The notes under the pieces: generated by a model | Database searches by the model: none | Seen by the model: only the letters and a program-made list of their open reading frames with translations | Told to the model about the DNA's origin: nothing | Made by a program: the position numbers and the translations under genes | Shown: positions 19,401 through 28,084 of the stretch, piece after piece | Layout of the letters: every line of letters starts with the position of its first letter | Position numbering within the stretch: the stretch's first letter is position 1 | Origin: Longimicrobiaceae bacterium | Lineage (GTDB): Bacteria > Gemmatimonadota > Gemmatimonadetes > Longimicrobiales > Longimicrobiaceae | DNA length: 64,000 nt | Assembly (NCBI GenBank): GCA_045803205.1 | Contig: JBJMPM010000225.1 | Location: 1,148-65,147 of the forward strand | Direction: 5' to 3'

Positions 19401-20073
19401 CGTGGCGGTGAACAACGTGCTGGCGGGCCTCGGATGGGGGGGCGACGCGCCGGTCGATCCGACGCTGCTGCGCGTGCAGGGCTTCGACGCGCAGCGGCGG
19501 GCGTTCTCGTATGCGGTGAACTCGTCGTTCGGCGGCGGCAGCGGGCGGCGCGATCCGCTGCGGCTCCCCACCACGCTCACCCTGACCGGGCGCATCGCCC
19601 TGGGCTCGGACCCCGCGCGCCAGCCGATGCTCGCGATGACCGCGGGGATCCGCGCGCGCGGCCGCACCGCCGCCGAGCTCGGCGGCGAGATCGCCGCGCG
19701 GATCCCCAACCCGCCGGCCCAGGTGCTCGCGCTGGCGGACACCCTGGGGCTCGCGCTCACCGAGGCGCAGGGCGCCGCCCTGCGGGCGCGGGCGGAGCGG
19801 CTCGGCGCGCGGCTGGCGCCCCTCACCGACACCCTGGCCGAGGCGCTCAGCGTGGTGGAGCGGGGGCGCGACGAGGCGGGGAGGGCCGCCGCGCGCGCGC
19901 GCGGCCGCGAGGCGGTGGCCGCGATGCAGGCGGAGCTCGACGCGGCCACCGCGGACGTGCGCGCGCTCCTCACCCCCGGGCAGTGGGCGCGCCTCCCCGA
20001 AGACGTCCGCCGCCCGGCCCGGCAGCTCGTCCCCCCCCGCACCATGGCCAGCGGCGGCAGCGACAGCTGGTAG
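16474..20073 (+). CDS. TonB-dependent receptor-like (Oar-type) protein with N-terminal carboxypeptidase-regulatory-like domain
   Basis: VTGTVR..PIPGATV..TDAAGRY; GQFSGGQIAATTRSGTN; SPRAGF; DVNGDGVAND; helical C-terminal extension; start approximate. Confidence 0.85.
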   Translation: MSWLRRLRAPCCGLLLSLVGAVPAGGQSAGAGVVVTGTVREAGGAPIPGATVSVAGDRGVAARTVTDAAGRYRLSLPHRGEGYELRVERVGYFRFSTPLSLGDDGGAVIRDVRLNPSSVALQALEVRSTRPAQRPAQGPTPGGNEEAWQSVFTDNFAIAPGDLGAIALLRPGAVSLGESDDGGLPRLSLAGRDPSQNHLLVDGASFGASTLPPEALRSTSIVSSSYDPARGQFSGGQIAATTRSGTNLTGGALRLRLEPGVLQVGSVGPGGDRYTVAELDGGAGGALIPGRLFWFGAFQASRNSTTPATLASLPASTLAELGLSADSVTRFRSVTSGLGFASGWQRGAADAVARKASGVLRMDFHATQAHTLTLRLDGRGAETRGLGASAYGIPGGDDRVSRGSWGVLGQVASYLGSARNELRAYRSADVRRHRGGAGVPGGYVDVLSDLGEGRSGLTRLSFGESAFPFDGRSTLTELSDELLVRLRGDEHRLKLGFTASREATRQHGLANGNGTFTFRSLADLEEGRPLSFTRALGGDARGATADYGALFAAHLWHAAPRLWVIQGVRVEETRWPHAPAPAEALRAAFGLPAGRVAGPRPRVSPRAGFVYETPGKQWTLRGGAGRFVGTLPLAALAEAFGETGAAGSRLVCLGPATPTPEWERYAADPGSIPTRCADGAGGAGTAPAATLFAPGFSPPGTWRASAGGGGPLLRGRRGRLDVHLDATLVLGSGEPLATDRNLAAAPRFVLADEGSRPVFAPAEGIDASTGAIDPALGRLLPAFGTVRQAASRGRSAVTQLTTGITLLTHRYDVVAAYYTHTRASDEVTGFRAPGGFSAPVAAGDPNRALRGPSDVLRRHSFQLQGIHPVGRWVEIGVVGRLVSGAPFTPRVDADVNGDGVANDAAFIFGAAADPGLARAMDDLRRNAPAGVRRCLERQAGRIAARNSCTGPWRASLDLQVNLPVDQGTRGSRFTASVAVNNVLAGLGWGGDAPVDPTLLRVQGFDAQRRAFSYAVNSSFGGGSGRRDPLRLPTTLTLTGRIALGSDPARQPMLAMTAGIRARGRTAAELGGEIAARIPNPPAQVLALADTLGLALTEAQGAALRARAERLGARLAPLTDTLAEALSVVERGRDEAGRAAARARGREAVAAMQAELDAATADVRALLTPGQWARLPEDVRRPARQLVPPRTMASGGSDSW

Positions 20074-20217
20074 CGGCCGGCCGCACGGCCCCTTCTTCCG
20101 CGGCCCCGCGCGTCCATCGGCGCGGGGCCGCTTCCTCTTCCCCACTTGCCCCCGCCGCTGTGCCGAAGCACCTTTCGGCGCAAAGCCTTACGTACCGCAG
20201 CCCCGTAGCGAGCGCCG

Positions 20218-22587
20218 ATGTCCGGGCCAGCCTCGAACGATCCCGTGCCGCCCTTCGTGCGCCCCGCCGGCAAGCCCGCCGGAGGGCTCTCCTCCGTGCT
20301 CGCCTCCGTGCGCCAGCTCGTCCGCGACCGCGCGCTGGTGCAGGGGAGCAGGGCGCTGCGGGTGGTGAACCAGGTGGACGGCTTCGACTGTCCCGGGTGC
20401 GCGTGGCCCGAGGCGAAGCACCGCTCCACCTTCGAGTTCTGCGAGAACGGCGCGAAGGCCGTGGCCGCCGAGACCACCTCGCGCCGCGCCGACCCGGCGT
20501 TCTTCGCCAAGCACACGGTGGACGAGCTGCTGGCGCAGAGCGACTACTGGCTGGAGCAGCAGGGGCGCCTCACCCATCCCCTCATGCGCCGCGCGGGGAG
20601 CGACCGCTTCGAGGCGATCGGGTGGGACGAGGCCTTCGCGCGCGCCGGCGAGGCGCTGCGCGCGCTCGCATCCCCCGACCAGGCGGCGTTCTACACCTCG
20701 GGGAGGACGAGCAACGAGGCGGCGTTCCTGTACCAGCTCTTCGGGCGGATGTACGGGACGAACAACTTTCCCGACTGCTCCAACCTCTGCCACGAGAGCA
20801 GCGGCGTGGGGCTGCGCGGCACCCTGGGGGTGGGGAAGGGCACCGTCCAGCTCGACGACTTCACGAAGGCCGACGCCATCTTCGTGATCGGCCAGAACCC
20901 GGGGACCAACCATCCGCGGATGCTGTCGGCGCTGCAGGCCGCCCGCCGCCGCGGCGCCGAGATCGTGGCCATCAACCCGCTGCGCGAGCGGGGGCTGGAG
21001 GAGTTCATCCACCCGCAGGAGGTGGCCGCCTCGCTCACCGGCCACGCCACGCGGATGACCACGCTCTACCTCCAGCCGATGCCCGGCTCCGACGTGGCGG
21101 TGCTGAAGGGGATGATGAAGCGCGTGCTGGAGGCCGAGAAGCAGTCGCCCGGGCGGGTGCTGGACCACGGCTTCATCCGCGCGCACACCACCGGCGTCGA
21201 GGCGCTCATCGCCGACCTGCACGCCACGCCGTGGGAGGCGATCGAAGAGCAGAGCGGCCTGCCCCGTGCGCGGATCGTCCAGGCGGCGGACATCTACATC
21301 CGCTCGCGCGCGACCATCGTCACCTGGGCGATGGGGCTCACGCAGCACGACAACGCCGTCGACAACGTGGTCGCCATCGCCAACCTGCTCCTGCTGCGCG
21401 GCAACGTCGGCCGCCCGGGGGCCGGCGCCTGCCCGGTGCGCGGCCACAGCAACGTGCAGGGCGACCGCACCGTCGGGATCGACCACGCACCCGGCGCGCC
21501 GCTGCTGGACCGGCTGGAGGAGGTCTTCGGCTTCGCCGTTCCGCGCGAGCACGGGCTCGACGTGGTGGAGACCATCCGCGCGATGGACGCGGGGCGGATC
21601 CGCTTCTTCATGTCGATGGGGGGCAACTTCTTCTCCGCCAGCCCCGACCACGGCCTGCTGGAGCGGGCGATGCGCACGCCCGACCTCTCCGTCTACGTGC
21701 TCACCAAGCTGAACCGCTCCGCGCTGGTGCACGGCCGCGAGGCGATGATCTGGCCCTGCCTGGGTCGGACCGAGCGCGACCTGCAGGCCGGCGGCGAGCA
21801 GTTCGTCACCGTCGAGGACTCGATGTCCGTGGTGCACGCCTCGCGCGGCGCCAACCGCCCGGCCTCGCCGGAGCTGCGCAGCGAGCCGGCCATCGTCGCG
21901 GGGCTGGCGAAGGCGGCGCTGGGGGCGGGCGGCGCGGTGGACTGGGACGCGCTGGTGGCCGACTACGACCGCATCCGCGACCTGATCGAGCGGACCATTC
22001 CCGGCTTCGACGACTTCAACCGGCGGGTGCGCGAGCCGGGCGGCTTCGTGCTGCGCAACACCGCCGCGCACCGCGAGTGGAAGACGGCGAGCGGGCTGGC
22101 GCAGTTCGGCGTGGTCCCCACCCCCGCCATCCACCTTCCCGAGGGGCAGCTCCGCCTCTTCACCATCCGCTCGCACGACCAGTACAACACCACCATCTAC
22201 GGGCTCGACGACCGCTACCGGGGGATCAAGGGCGCCCGCCGCGTGGTGCTGATGCACGCCGAGGACATGGCCGGGCGCGGCATCCGCGCCGGCGACGAGG
22301 TGGACCTGCGCTCGCACTACTCCGACGGCGTGGAGCGCATGGCCCCGCGCTTCCGGGCGGTGGCGTACGACGTTCCGCGCGGCTGCTGCGCGGCCTACTT
22401 CCCCGAGGCGAACGTGCTGGTGCCGCTGGGGAAGACCGCGAAGCTCAGCAACCAGCCGTCGTCCAAGCTGGTCCCCGTCACCATCGCCCCCGCCACCAGC
22501 CCGGTGCGCACCGAGGGGCGCGACGAGCGCCTGGTCTCCACCGCGCCCGCGGCCCCATCCCCCGAAGCCGTTCCGGCGGGGGTGTGA
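20218..22587 (+). CDS. FdhF/YdeP-family molybdopterin oxidoreductase
   Basis: GFDCPGCAWP, FEFCENGAKA, YTSGRTSNEAAF, PDCSNLCHESSG, RGHSNVQG, RSHDQYNTTIYG. Confidence 0.96.
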   Translation: MSGPASNDPVPPFVRPAGKPAGGLSSVLASVRQLVRDRALVQGSRALRVVNQVDGFDCPGCAWPEAKHRSTFEFCENGAKAVAAETTSRRADPAFFAKHTVDELLAQSDYWLEQQGRLTHPLMRRAGSDRFEAIGWDEAFARAGEALRALASPDQAAFYTSGRTSNEAAFLYQLFGRMYGTNNFPDCSNLCHESSGVGLRGTLGVGKGTVQLDDFTKADAIFVIGQNPGTNHPRMLSALQAARRRGAEIVAINPLRERGLEEFIHPQEVAASLTGHATRMTTLYLQPMPGSDVAVLKGMMKRVLEAEKQSPGRVLDHGFIRAHTTGVEALIADLHATPWEAIEEQSGLPRARIVQAADIYIRSRATIVTWAMGLTQHDNAVDNVVAIANLLLLRGNVGRPGAGACPVRGHSNVQGDRTVGIDHAPGAPLLDRLEEVFGFAVPREHGLDVVETIRAMDAGRIRFFMSMGGNFFSASPDHGLLERAMRTPDLSVYVLTKLNRSALVHGREAMIWPCLGRTERDLQAGGEQFVTVEDSMSVVHASRGANRPASPELRSEPAIVAGLAKAALGAGGAVDWDALVADYDRIRDLIERTIPGFDDFNRRVREPGGFVLRNTAAHREWKTASGLAQFGVVPTPAIHLPEGQLRLFTIRSHDQYNTTIYGLDDRYRGIKGARRVVLMHAEDMAGRGIRAGDEVDLRSHYSDGVERMAPRFRAVAYDVPRGCCAAYFPEANVLVPLGKTAKLSNQPSSKLVPVTIAPATSPVRTEGRDERLVSTAPAAPSPEAVPAGV

Positions 22588-23459
22588 TGCGGCGCGGGAG
22601 CACGGTCCGGCGCCAGGTGGAGCACGTCTCCGTCGCGGGAGATGGGGCCCGCCGCGCGCGGATGGACGTGCTCGCCACCGAGGAGCCGCTGGAGATCCGC
22701 GTGGCCGTGGCGGACGACCTGCGCGGCGCGCGGCTGGACGACGCGGCCACTCCCGTCTCCGTGACCATGCGCACGCCGGGGGCGGACTTCGAGCTCGCCG
22801 CCGGCTTCCTCTACGGCGAGGGGGTGGTCGGCGGCGCGGAGGCGATCGCCTCCATCCGCTACTGCACGGAGGGCGAGCAGCAGTACAACGTGGTGAGCGT
22901 GGTGCTGGCGCCCGGCACCGGCTTCGACGCCGAGGCGCTGCGGCGCAACTTCTACCAGACCTCGAGCTGCGGCGTGTGCGGCAAGGCGTCGATCGAGGCG
23001 GTGATGGGCCCCGCCTGCGCCCGCATCGGCAGCGCCCTCTCCGTCTCTCCCGAGGTCATCGCCCGCATGCCCGAGCAGCTCCGCGCCGCGCAGGCGGTGT
23101 TCGAGCGCACCGGCGGGCTGCACGCGGCGGGGCTCTTCACCGCCGAGGGCGAGCTGGTGCGCGCGCGCGAGGACGTGGGGCGGCACAACGCGATGGACAA
23201 GCTGGTCGGCGCGTCGCTGCTGGAGGGCGAGCTGCCGTGGAGCGAGCGGATGGTGATGGTGAGCGGGCGGCTGAGCTTCGAGCTGGTGCAGAAGGCGGCG
23301 CGCGCGGGGGCGGCGGTGCTGGCCGGGGTCTCGGCGCCGTCGAGCCTGGCGGTGGAGCTGGCGGAGGCGTGCGGGATGACGCTCTGCGGCTTCGTGCGGG
23401 GGGAGCGGTTCAACGTCTACGCCGGCGGAGCGCGCATCGCCTCCGCCGTTCACCGGTGA
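22587..23459 (+). CDS. fdhD: Formate dehydrogenase accessory sulfurtransferase
   Basis: EEPLEI, MRTPG, SSCGVCG, TGGLHAA, REDVGRHNAMDK; TGATG coupling to the upstream gene. Confidence 0.96.
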   Translation: MRRGSTVRRQVEHVSVAGDGARRARMDVLATEEPLEIRVAVADDLRGARLDDAATPVSVTMRTPGADFELAAGFLYGEGVVGGAEAIASIRYCTEGEQQYNVVSVVLAPGTGFDAEALRRNFYQTSSCGVCGKASIEAVMGPACARIGSALSVSPEVIARMPEQLRAAQAVFERTGGLHAAGLFTAEGELVRAREDVGRHNAMDKLVGASLLEGELPWSERMVMVSGRLSFELVQKAARAGAAVLAGVSAPSSLAVELAEACGMTLCGFVRGERFNVYAGGARIASAVHR

Positions 23460-23508
23460 GGGCGCCGGGCGTCATCCTGGGACTGTTGAGGAACCCACGA
23501 GCCTGAGA

Positions 23509-23736
23509 GACGTCATCCTGAGGCCGGCCACACCGGTATTTCGTCTCGCTGGAGACCCGGCAGGCCGAAGGATCTATGACCGCGGAAGCACGTCAGCAGG
23601 TGATGTGTCCGAGGGCTAGGTAGCGACGCCTCAATCGCGTGTCTCTCAGCTAAGTGCTTTCACAGGCTATAGATCCTTCGGCCTGCATAGAATCGAGAAG
23701 CCGAAGCCGCGGCGTGGCCGGCCTCAGGATGACGTC
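23509..23736. repeat. Intact family E REPIN/MITE-like element (~228 bp), with partial arms at ~23470 and ~23760-23820
   Basis: Two inverted GACGTCATCCTGAGGCCGGCC..GCAGGCCGAAGGATCTAT arms around a conserved core. Confidence 0.88.
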
Positions 23737-23889
23737 TTTTGGGAGGAGGTTTCTCAACGGTTTCTGAGGCCCGTCTCGCTGCAAGCGCGACGGCGAAAGA
23801 CCTTGCAGGCCGAAGGATCCATCGCCGCGTCAGCTCGTGAGCCGGCGAGGTGCACCAACTCTTCACCAGGATCTGGAATGAGGGCGCGG

Positions 23890-24603
23890 ATGCGGCTGAA
23901 GACGGCGGGATGGATGGTGATGGCGGTCGCAGTCCTGGCGGCCGCCGCGTGCAAGGACGAGGGCGGCGAGCTGCGCGACGCCACGGAGCGGCGGCGTGCG
24001 GAGATGGCGAACCGCGACACCACGCACGACCACGGCGACGCGGCCGCCGACACCGCCACGCGCCTACCTGCCTTCACCGGCGACACGGGGGTGCGGGCGC
24101 CCGTCGCCGCGGCCGACAGCCCCGCGCCGGCCGCGGACAGCTCCCGCCGCGCCGCCGCCGCCGCGGGGTGGGGCACGGCGCCGCGCCAGGGCGGGACCGC
24201 GAACGAGCTGGTGACGCTGCGCGGGGTGCGCGCCGCCAGCAACCCCGAGGGCTTCGACCGCATGGTGCTGGAGTTCGGCGACGCGCCGGTGCCCCGCTGG
24301 AGCACGGCCTACGCCGCGCGGCCGGTGATGAGCTGCGGCTCGGGGGAGCCGGTGCAGGTGGAGGGCGCGCGCTGGCTGCGCGTGCGGCTGCGGACGGCGC
24401 AGGCGCACGACGACCAGGGGCGGCCCACCGTGCGCCAGCGCCGCCTCCCGCTGGGGATGCCGGCGCTGCGCGAGATGGCCATCGCCTGCGACTTCGAGGG
24501 CGAGGTGGAGGTGGTGCTGGGGGTCTCCGCCGCCAACCGCTACCGGGTGCTCGAACTCGCCAACCCCACCCGGCTGGTGATCGACCTCCAGCGCGAGCCC
24601 TGA
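23890..24603 (+). CDS. AMIN-like domain lipoprotein
   Basis: Lipobox AAAC; GFDRMVLEF, CDFEGEV, NPTRLVIDL. Confidence 0.85.
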   Translation: MRLKTAGWMVMAVAVLAAAACKDEGGELRDATERRRAEMANRDTTHDHGDAAADTATRLPAFTGDTGVRAPVAAADSPAPAADSSRRAAAAAGWGTAPRQGGTANELVTLRGVRAASNPEGFDRMVLEFGDAPVPRWSTAYAARPVMSCGSGEPVQVEGARWLRVRLRTAQAHDDQGRPTVRQRRLPLGMPALREMAIACDFEGEVEVVLGVSAANRYRVLELANPTRLVIDLQREP

Positions 24604-24677
24604 TTTCGGCCGCGGCAACGGTCCCGGGCCGGGAAAATCGTAGCCGGGCGATCGAGATCGCCCGGCTGCGATTGCAC

Positions 24678-24722
24678 GAAGCCCCGCCTGCGCGGGCCGG
24701 AGGCCTGCGCAGGCGGGGCTTC
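24678..24722. terminator. Long hairpin between convergent genes
   Basis: GAAGCCCCGCCTGCGC.GGCC / GGCCTGCGCAGGCGGGGCTTC. Confidence 0.65.
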
Positions 24723-24730
24723 TCATGCCG

Positions 24731-24952
24731 TCAGCAGTACTGCGGATACTGCGTGGGGCAGGCCTCCGGGCTGTAGGTCGGGTCGCAGTCGAAGGTGCAG
24801 AGGCCCGTTTGACAGGCGTCGTAAGCCGACCCGCAGTTGGGGCCGCCCTGGGTGGCTTGGTGGCCCGCCACGGTGCCGCGCGCGGCGCTCGCCGCCGAGA
24901 TCACGAAGCTCTGCACTTCGAGGGTCTCCACCACCAGCTTGATCTTACGCAT
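24731..24952 (-). CDS. RiPP-precursor-like peptide (pinensin/lanthipeptide-type leader, Cys/Ser/Thr-rich core)
   Basis: MRKIKLVVETLEVQSF...RGTVAG leader; core with 6 Cys and 7 Ser/Thr. Confidence 0.8.
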   Translation of the reverse strand: MRKIKLVVETLEVQSFVISAASAARGTVAGHQATQGGPNCGSAYDACQTGLCTFDCDPTYSPEACPTQYPQYC

Positions 24953-25230
24953 CTCTCACTTCCCCGGTGTGGTTCGTACCTGAGCGCCGGTCCATCCGGC
25001 ACCCTGCTACCGGCAGGATCCCATCCCACCAGACAACGGCCGAAAACGTAAGTTTGCGACGCGCTGAACGCAACCCGCTCCGGAGCGACAATCCACGGTG
25101 TTCACTGCGAAAACTGACTGATACGCGGAGCGTGTCAGGTTGGGGGCTTTCCTGAAAAATGCACGAATGCACCCGGCCTTGAGCGAGGGTTGCGCGCGAC
25201 GCGCCCCAACCCCCGGCGATCCGACGCGCG

Positions 25231-25364
25231 ATCGCCGACGACTTCGGAGGGCGAGGTGGAGGTGGTGCTGGGCGTCTCCGCCGCCAACCCCTACCGGGTG
25301 CTCGAGCTCGCCAATCCCACCCGGCTGGTGGTCGACATTCGACGCCAGCCTTGATTCCGGCCGC
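25231..25364 (+). pseudogene. Duplicated, frameshifted 3' end of the AMIN-like gene
   Basis: Direct repeat of 24481-24613 including the stop codon, with a 1-bp insertion (TTCGGAGGG vs TTCGAGGG). Confidence 0.9.
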
Positions 25365-25447
25365 CCCGCGCGCAACCTTGACGCATCCTTTCCCGTAGTC
25401 CCTCCCGTCCCCGTCCCGTTTCCCCACCCGTACCCCGGAGTCTGGAC

Positions 25448-26017
25448 ATGGAAGTGCCTGCCGGCGGTTACCCGGGCCCGCACCGCTCGCTGATCGAGCG
25501 GATGATGGGCGCCGCAATGCTGGACGCAAGCGTGTACGAGGAGGTGGAGGCCGACCGCAGCGCGACCGGCCAGGCCGCCGCGGTGGTGGCGATCGTCGCG
25601 ATCTGCGGCGCCATCGGCAGCTACAGCCACGGCGGAAAGGGGATCATCGGCGCGATCGTCTCCGCCTTCATCGCGTGGCTGCTCTGGGCCGGGCTCACCT
25701 ACCTGATCGGCACCAAGCTCTTCGGCGGAACGGCCGACATGGGCGAGATGCTGCGCACCCTCGGGTTCGCGCAGTCGCCGGGCGTGCTGGGCATCCTCAC
25801 GATCATCCCGATCCTGGGATGGCTGGTGGCGGTCGTGGTCTGGATCTGGACCGTGGTCGCCGCGGTGGTGGCGATCCGCCAGGCGCTCGACTTCGACACG
25901 GGGAAGGCGGTGGCGACCGCCGTGATCGCGGGGGTGATCGTCTTCGCGGTCATGGCGGCCATCGCGGCCGTCATCTTCGGTACCGCCATGGTGGCGGGCG
26001 CCGTGGCCGGGCACTGA
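25448..26017 (+). CDS. Yip1-family membrane protein
   Basis: YEEVEAD..ATGQA, LGFAQSPG, IRQALD; about five TM segments. Confidence 0.85.
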   Translation: MEVPAGGYPGPHRSLIERMMGAAMLDASVYEEVEADRSATGQAAAVVAIVAICGAIGSYSHGGKGIIGAIVSAFIAWLLWAGLTYLIGTKLFGGTADMGEMLRTLGFAQSPGVLGILTIIPILGWLVAVVVWIWTVVAAVVAIRQALDFDTGKAVATAVIAGVIVFAVMAAIAAVIFGTAMVAGAVAGH

Positions 26018-26043
26018 CGCCGCGCGCTGCACGGTTCCGTGCA

Positions 26044-26086
26044 GAACGAAGCCGCCCCGCGAGAGACTCGCGGGGCGGCTTCGTTC
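26044..26086. terminator. Bidirectional terminator hairpin
   Basis: GAACGAAGCCGCCCCGCGAG-AGA-CTCGCGGGGCGGCTTCGTTC, perfect 20-bp stem. Confidence 0.8.
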
Positions 26087-26100
26087 GTCGCGCACACCCT

Positions 26101-26277
26101 CTACCGGTCCAGCAGGACCGGGGCGTAGCGCCGGTGGAAGGCGGGGGCGAGCCGCAGGACGAACTCCTCCTGCGTGCCGCCGCGCGCCATCCAGCAGCGC
26201 ATCAGCGCGCACTGGAGCGCCGTGTACGCGGCGAACCGGGTCGGGCACTCCTCCAGATACCGACGAGCAACTTCCAT
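26101..26277 (-). CDS. Small hypothetical protein (58 aa, MEVARRYLEEC...)
   Basis: AAGGAG RBS, GC3 bias, downstream hairpin, upstream sigma54-like site. Confidence 0.65.
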   Translation of the reverse strand: MEVARRYLEECPTRFAAYTALQCALMRCWMARGGTQEEFVLRLAPAFHRRYAPVLLDR

Positions 26278-26330
26278 CCTGCATCGCTCCTTTCCGGGCG
26301 TGTCCAACCGTTCGCCCGCGACATCACTAC

Positions 26331-26346
26331 GGCATCAGCCATGCCG
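26331..26346 (-). promoter_or_regulatory. sigma54-type promoter (CGGCATGGCTGATGCC)
   Basis: GG-N10-GC, ~54 nt upstream of the ATG at 26277. Confidence 0.5.
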
Positions 26347-26541
26347 AAGTTGCGGAGCACGGAATTCCTTGCGGCGACTGGATTTATCGCTCTCCGGCCG
26401 CCATCGCCGGTTGCAGCCGGGTGTACTCCTGGGGCGACACCTCCCCGCCCACCCGGGGCCACGCCGCCCCACAAAGACACAGAGGGACAGAGTCAAAGCA
26501 TTTCGCTCTGCCCCTCCGTGTCTTCTGCGAGAACCTGCCGT

Positions 26542-27816
26542 TCAGCCGGTCAGCGCCGGCGCCGGGCTCCGCGGCCGCTCGATGCGCATCGGCTGGCGGG
26601 CGCGGTAAGTGAGCGAGCGCCAGGCCCACTCCGCCGGGCCGAAGCGGTAGCGCCGCAGCCAGAGCGTCGCGAACGCCGTCTGCGCCGCCAGGATGAGCAC
26701 GGCGAGCGGCCAGAGCAGCGCGGGGCCCACGCGCCCGCCCAGCCCCAGGCCGATGTCGTAGAAGAGCAGCACGCCGACGACGCTCTGGGTCAGGTAGCTG
26801 GTGAGCGCCATCCGCCCGGTGGGGGCGAGCACCGCCAGCGCCGGGCGCACGCGGGGCGAGGTCCACCCCAGCCCGAAGAGCGCGGCGTAGGCCAGCGCGA
26901 GCGAGGGGACGCCGACCGCGTAGAGCACGGCGTGGATCAGCCCGTCGCCGGTGCCGAGGTAGTACTCCTGGCCGGTGCCGATGGCGGCCATGCCGAGGCT
27001 GGCGGGGAGCCCCACGGCGAGCCCCAACGTCGCCACGCGCCGCAGGAGCGGCCGGAAGGCCTGGAGGTCTTCCCACGGGCGCCGGCGACCGATCCAGAGG
27101 CCGAGCAGGAACGTCGCCAGCACCTTGCAGATCCGCCACTCGAAGGTGAGCGAGGCGGCGCGGAAGAACACCCCGGTCGCCAGGCTCTGCCCGTAGGCGC
27201 GCCACCCCCCGTGGAGGAGGTCGGGCTGGGCCATCGGCTGCAAGCCCACCAGCTTGCCGACCAGCATGCCGGGGAGCCAGAAGACGATCGCCGGGGTGAC
27301 GGGAATGCCCCCGCGGCCTCCGCCCGTCGCCCAGTACGGCAGGTACATGAGCACGGGGATCACCAGCAGCACGGCCGCCCAGGTCAGCAGCCGGCGGTCG
27401 CTCACGTGCCGGAAGCGGATCAGGAGAAAGCCGACCAGCGCGTAGAACGCCAGGATGTCGCCGCTCCAGACCAGGCAGAGGTGCGTCAGGCCGATCGCGA
27501 GCAGAATCCAGAGGCGCCGGCGGAAGCGGCGCAGCTCGGGGTCGCCGGCGGCCTCGGCGCGGCGCATCTGGATGGTGAAGCCGATGCCGAAGAGGAGCGA
27601 GAAGAGGGAGTAGAACTTCCCGTCGATCAGCGCGTGGATCAGGAACGCGGCGACCTCGTGCGCGCGCCCGCCGGGGATGACCGGGGCCCCGGGCGCGCCC
27701 AGCAGCGCGAAGGCGGTGAAGAGGTTCGCCAGGCAGACGCCGAAGAGCGCGAAGCCCCGCAGCGCGTCCAGCACGGGCGCGCGCTCCCCGGCGGGGACGG
27801 GGGTGACCAGGGACAT
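26542..27816 (-). CDS. DUF418 (YeiB-like) membrane protein
   Basis: LDALRGFALFG, GKFYSLFSLLFG, GDILAFYA, GRMALTSYLTQS, FGPAEWAWRSLTY. Confidence 0.93.
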   Translation of the reverse strand: MSLVTPVPAGERAPVLDALRGFALFGVCLANLFTAFALLGAPGAPVIPGGRAHEVAAFLIHALIDGKFYSLFSLLFGIGFTIQMRRAEAAGDPELRRFRRRLWILLAIGLTHLCLVWSGDILAFYALVGFLLIRFRHVSDRRLLTWAAVLLVIPVLMYLPYWATGGGRGGIPVTPAIVFWLPGMLVGKLVGLQPMAQPDLLHGGWRAYGQSLATGVFFRAASLTFEWRICKVLATFLLGLWIGRRRPWEDLQAFRPLLRRVATLGLAVGLPASLGMAAIGTGQEYYLGTGDGLIHAVLYAVGVPSLALAYAALFGLGWTSPRVRPALAVLAPTGRMALTSYLTQSVVGVLLFYDIGLGLGGRVGPALLWPLAVLILAAQTAFATLWLRRYRFGPAEWAWRSLTYRARQPMRIERPRSPAPALTG

Positions 27817-27956
27817 GGAAGAACCGCGGGTGGGAGGGTGTAGGGGCGCAGCTGCCATCGACCGCCGGCCGGGCGGAGGGAGGCTGCAGTTCGCTATGGT
27901 GATATACTGAACTAAAGCACCTGGAGTTTCAGTGATCGGATGACCTGACGGAAGGC

Positions 27957-28019
27957 CTCACACGGAGTCAACGGAGTCAACGGAGTTTCTCTCTGCTGAC
28001 TCCGTTGACTCCGTGTGAG
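27957..28019. repeat. Family B palindromic repeat
   Basis: CTCACACGGAGTCAACGGAGTCAACGGAG...TGACTCCGTTGACTCCGTGTGAG. Confidence 0.88.
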
Positions 28020-28084
28020 GCCCTTCTGTTCAAGGATCTGATCCCGAACGAAACTCTGCTATGCGGTATGACCTGCCCTGTCTT

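Noticed and set aside
20218-22587. Selenocysteine-containing formate dehydrogenase
   Set aside because: No in-frame TGA; the active-site region has Cys (SNLCHE), as in YdeP-type proteins.
16422-23459. 2345-aa ORF in the track
   Set aside because: Off-frame Arg/Gly/Ala-rich read-through typical of high-GC DNA; only the last 290 aa (fdhD) are real.
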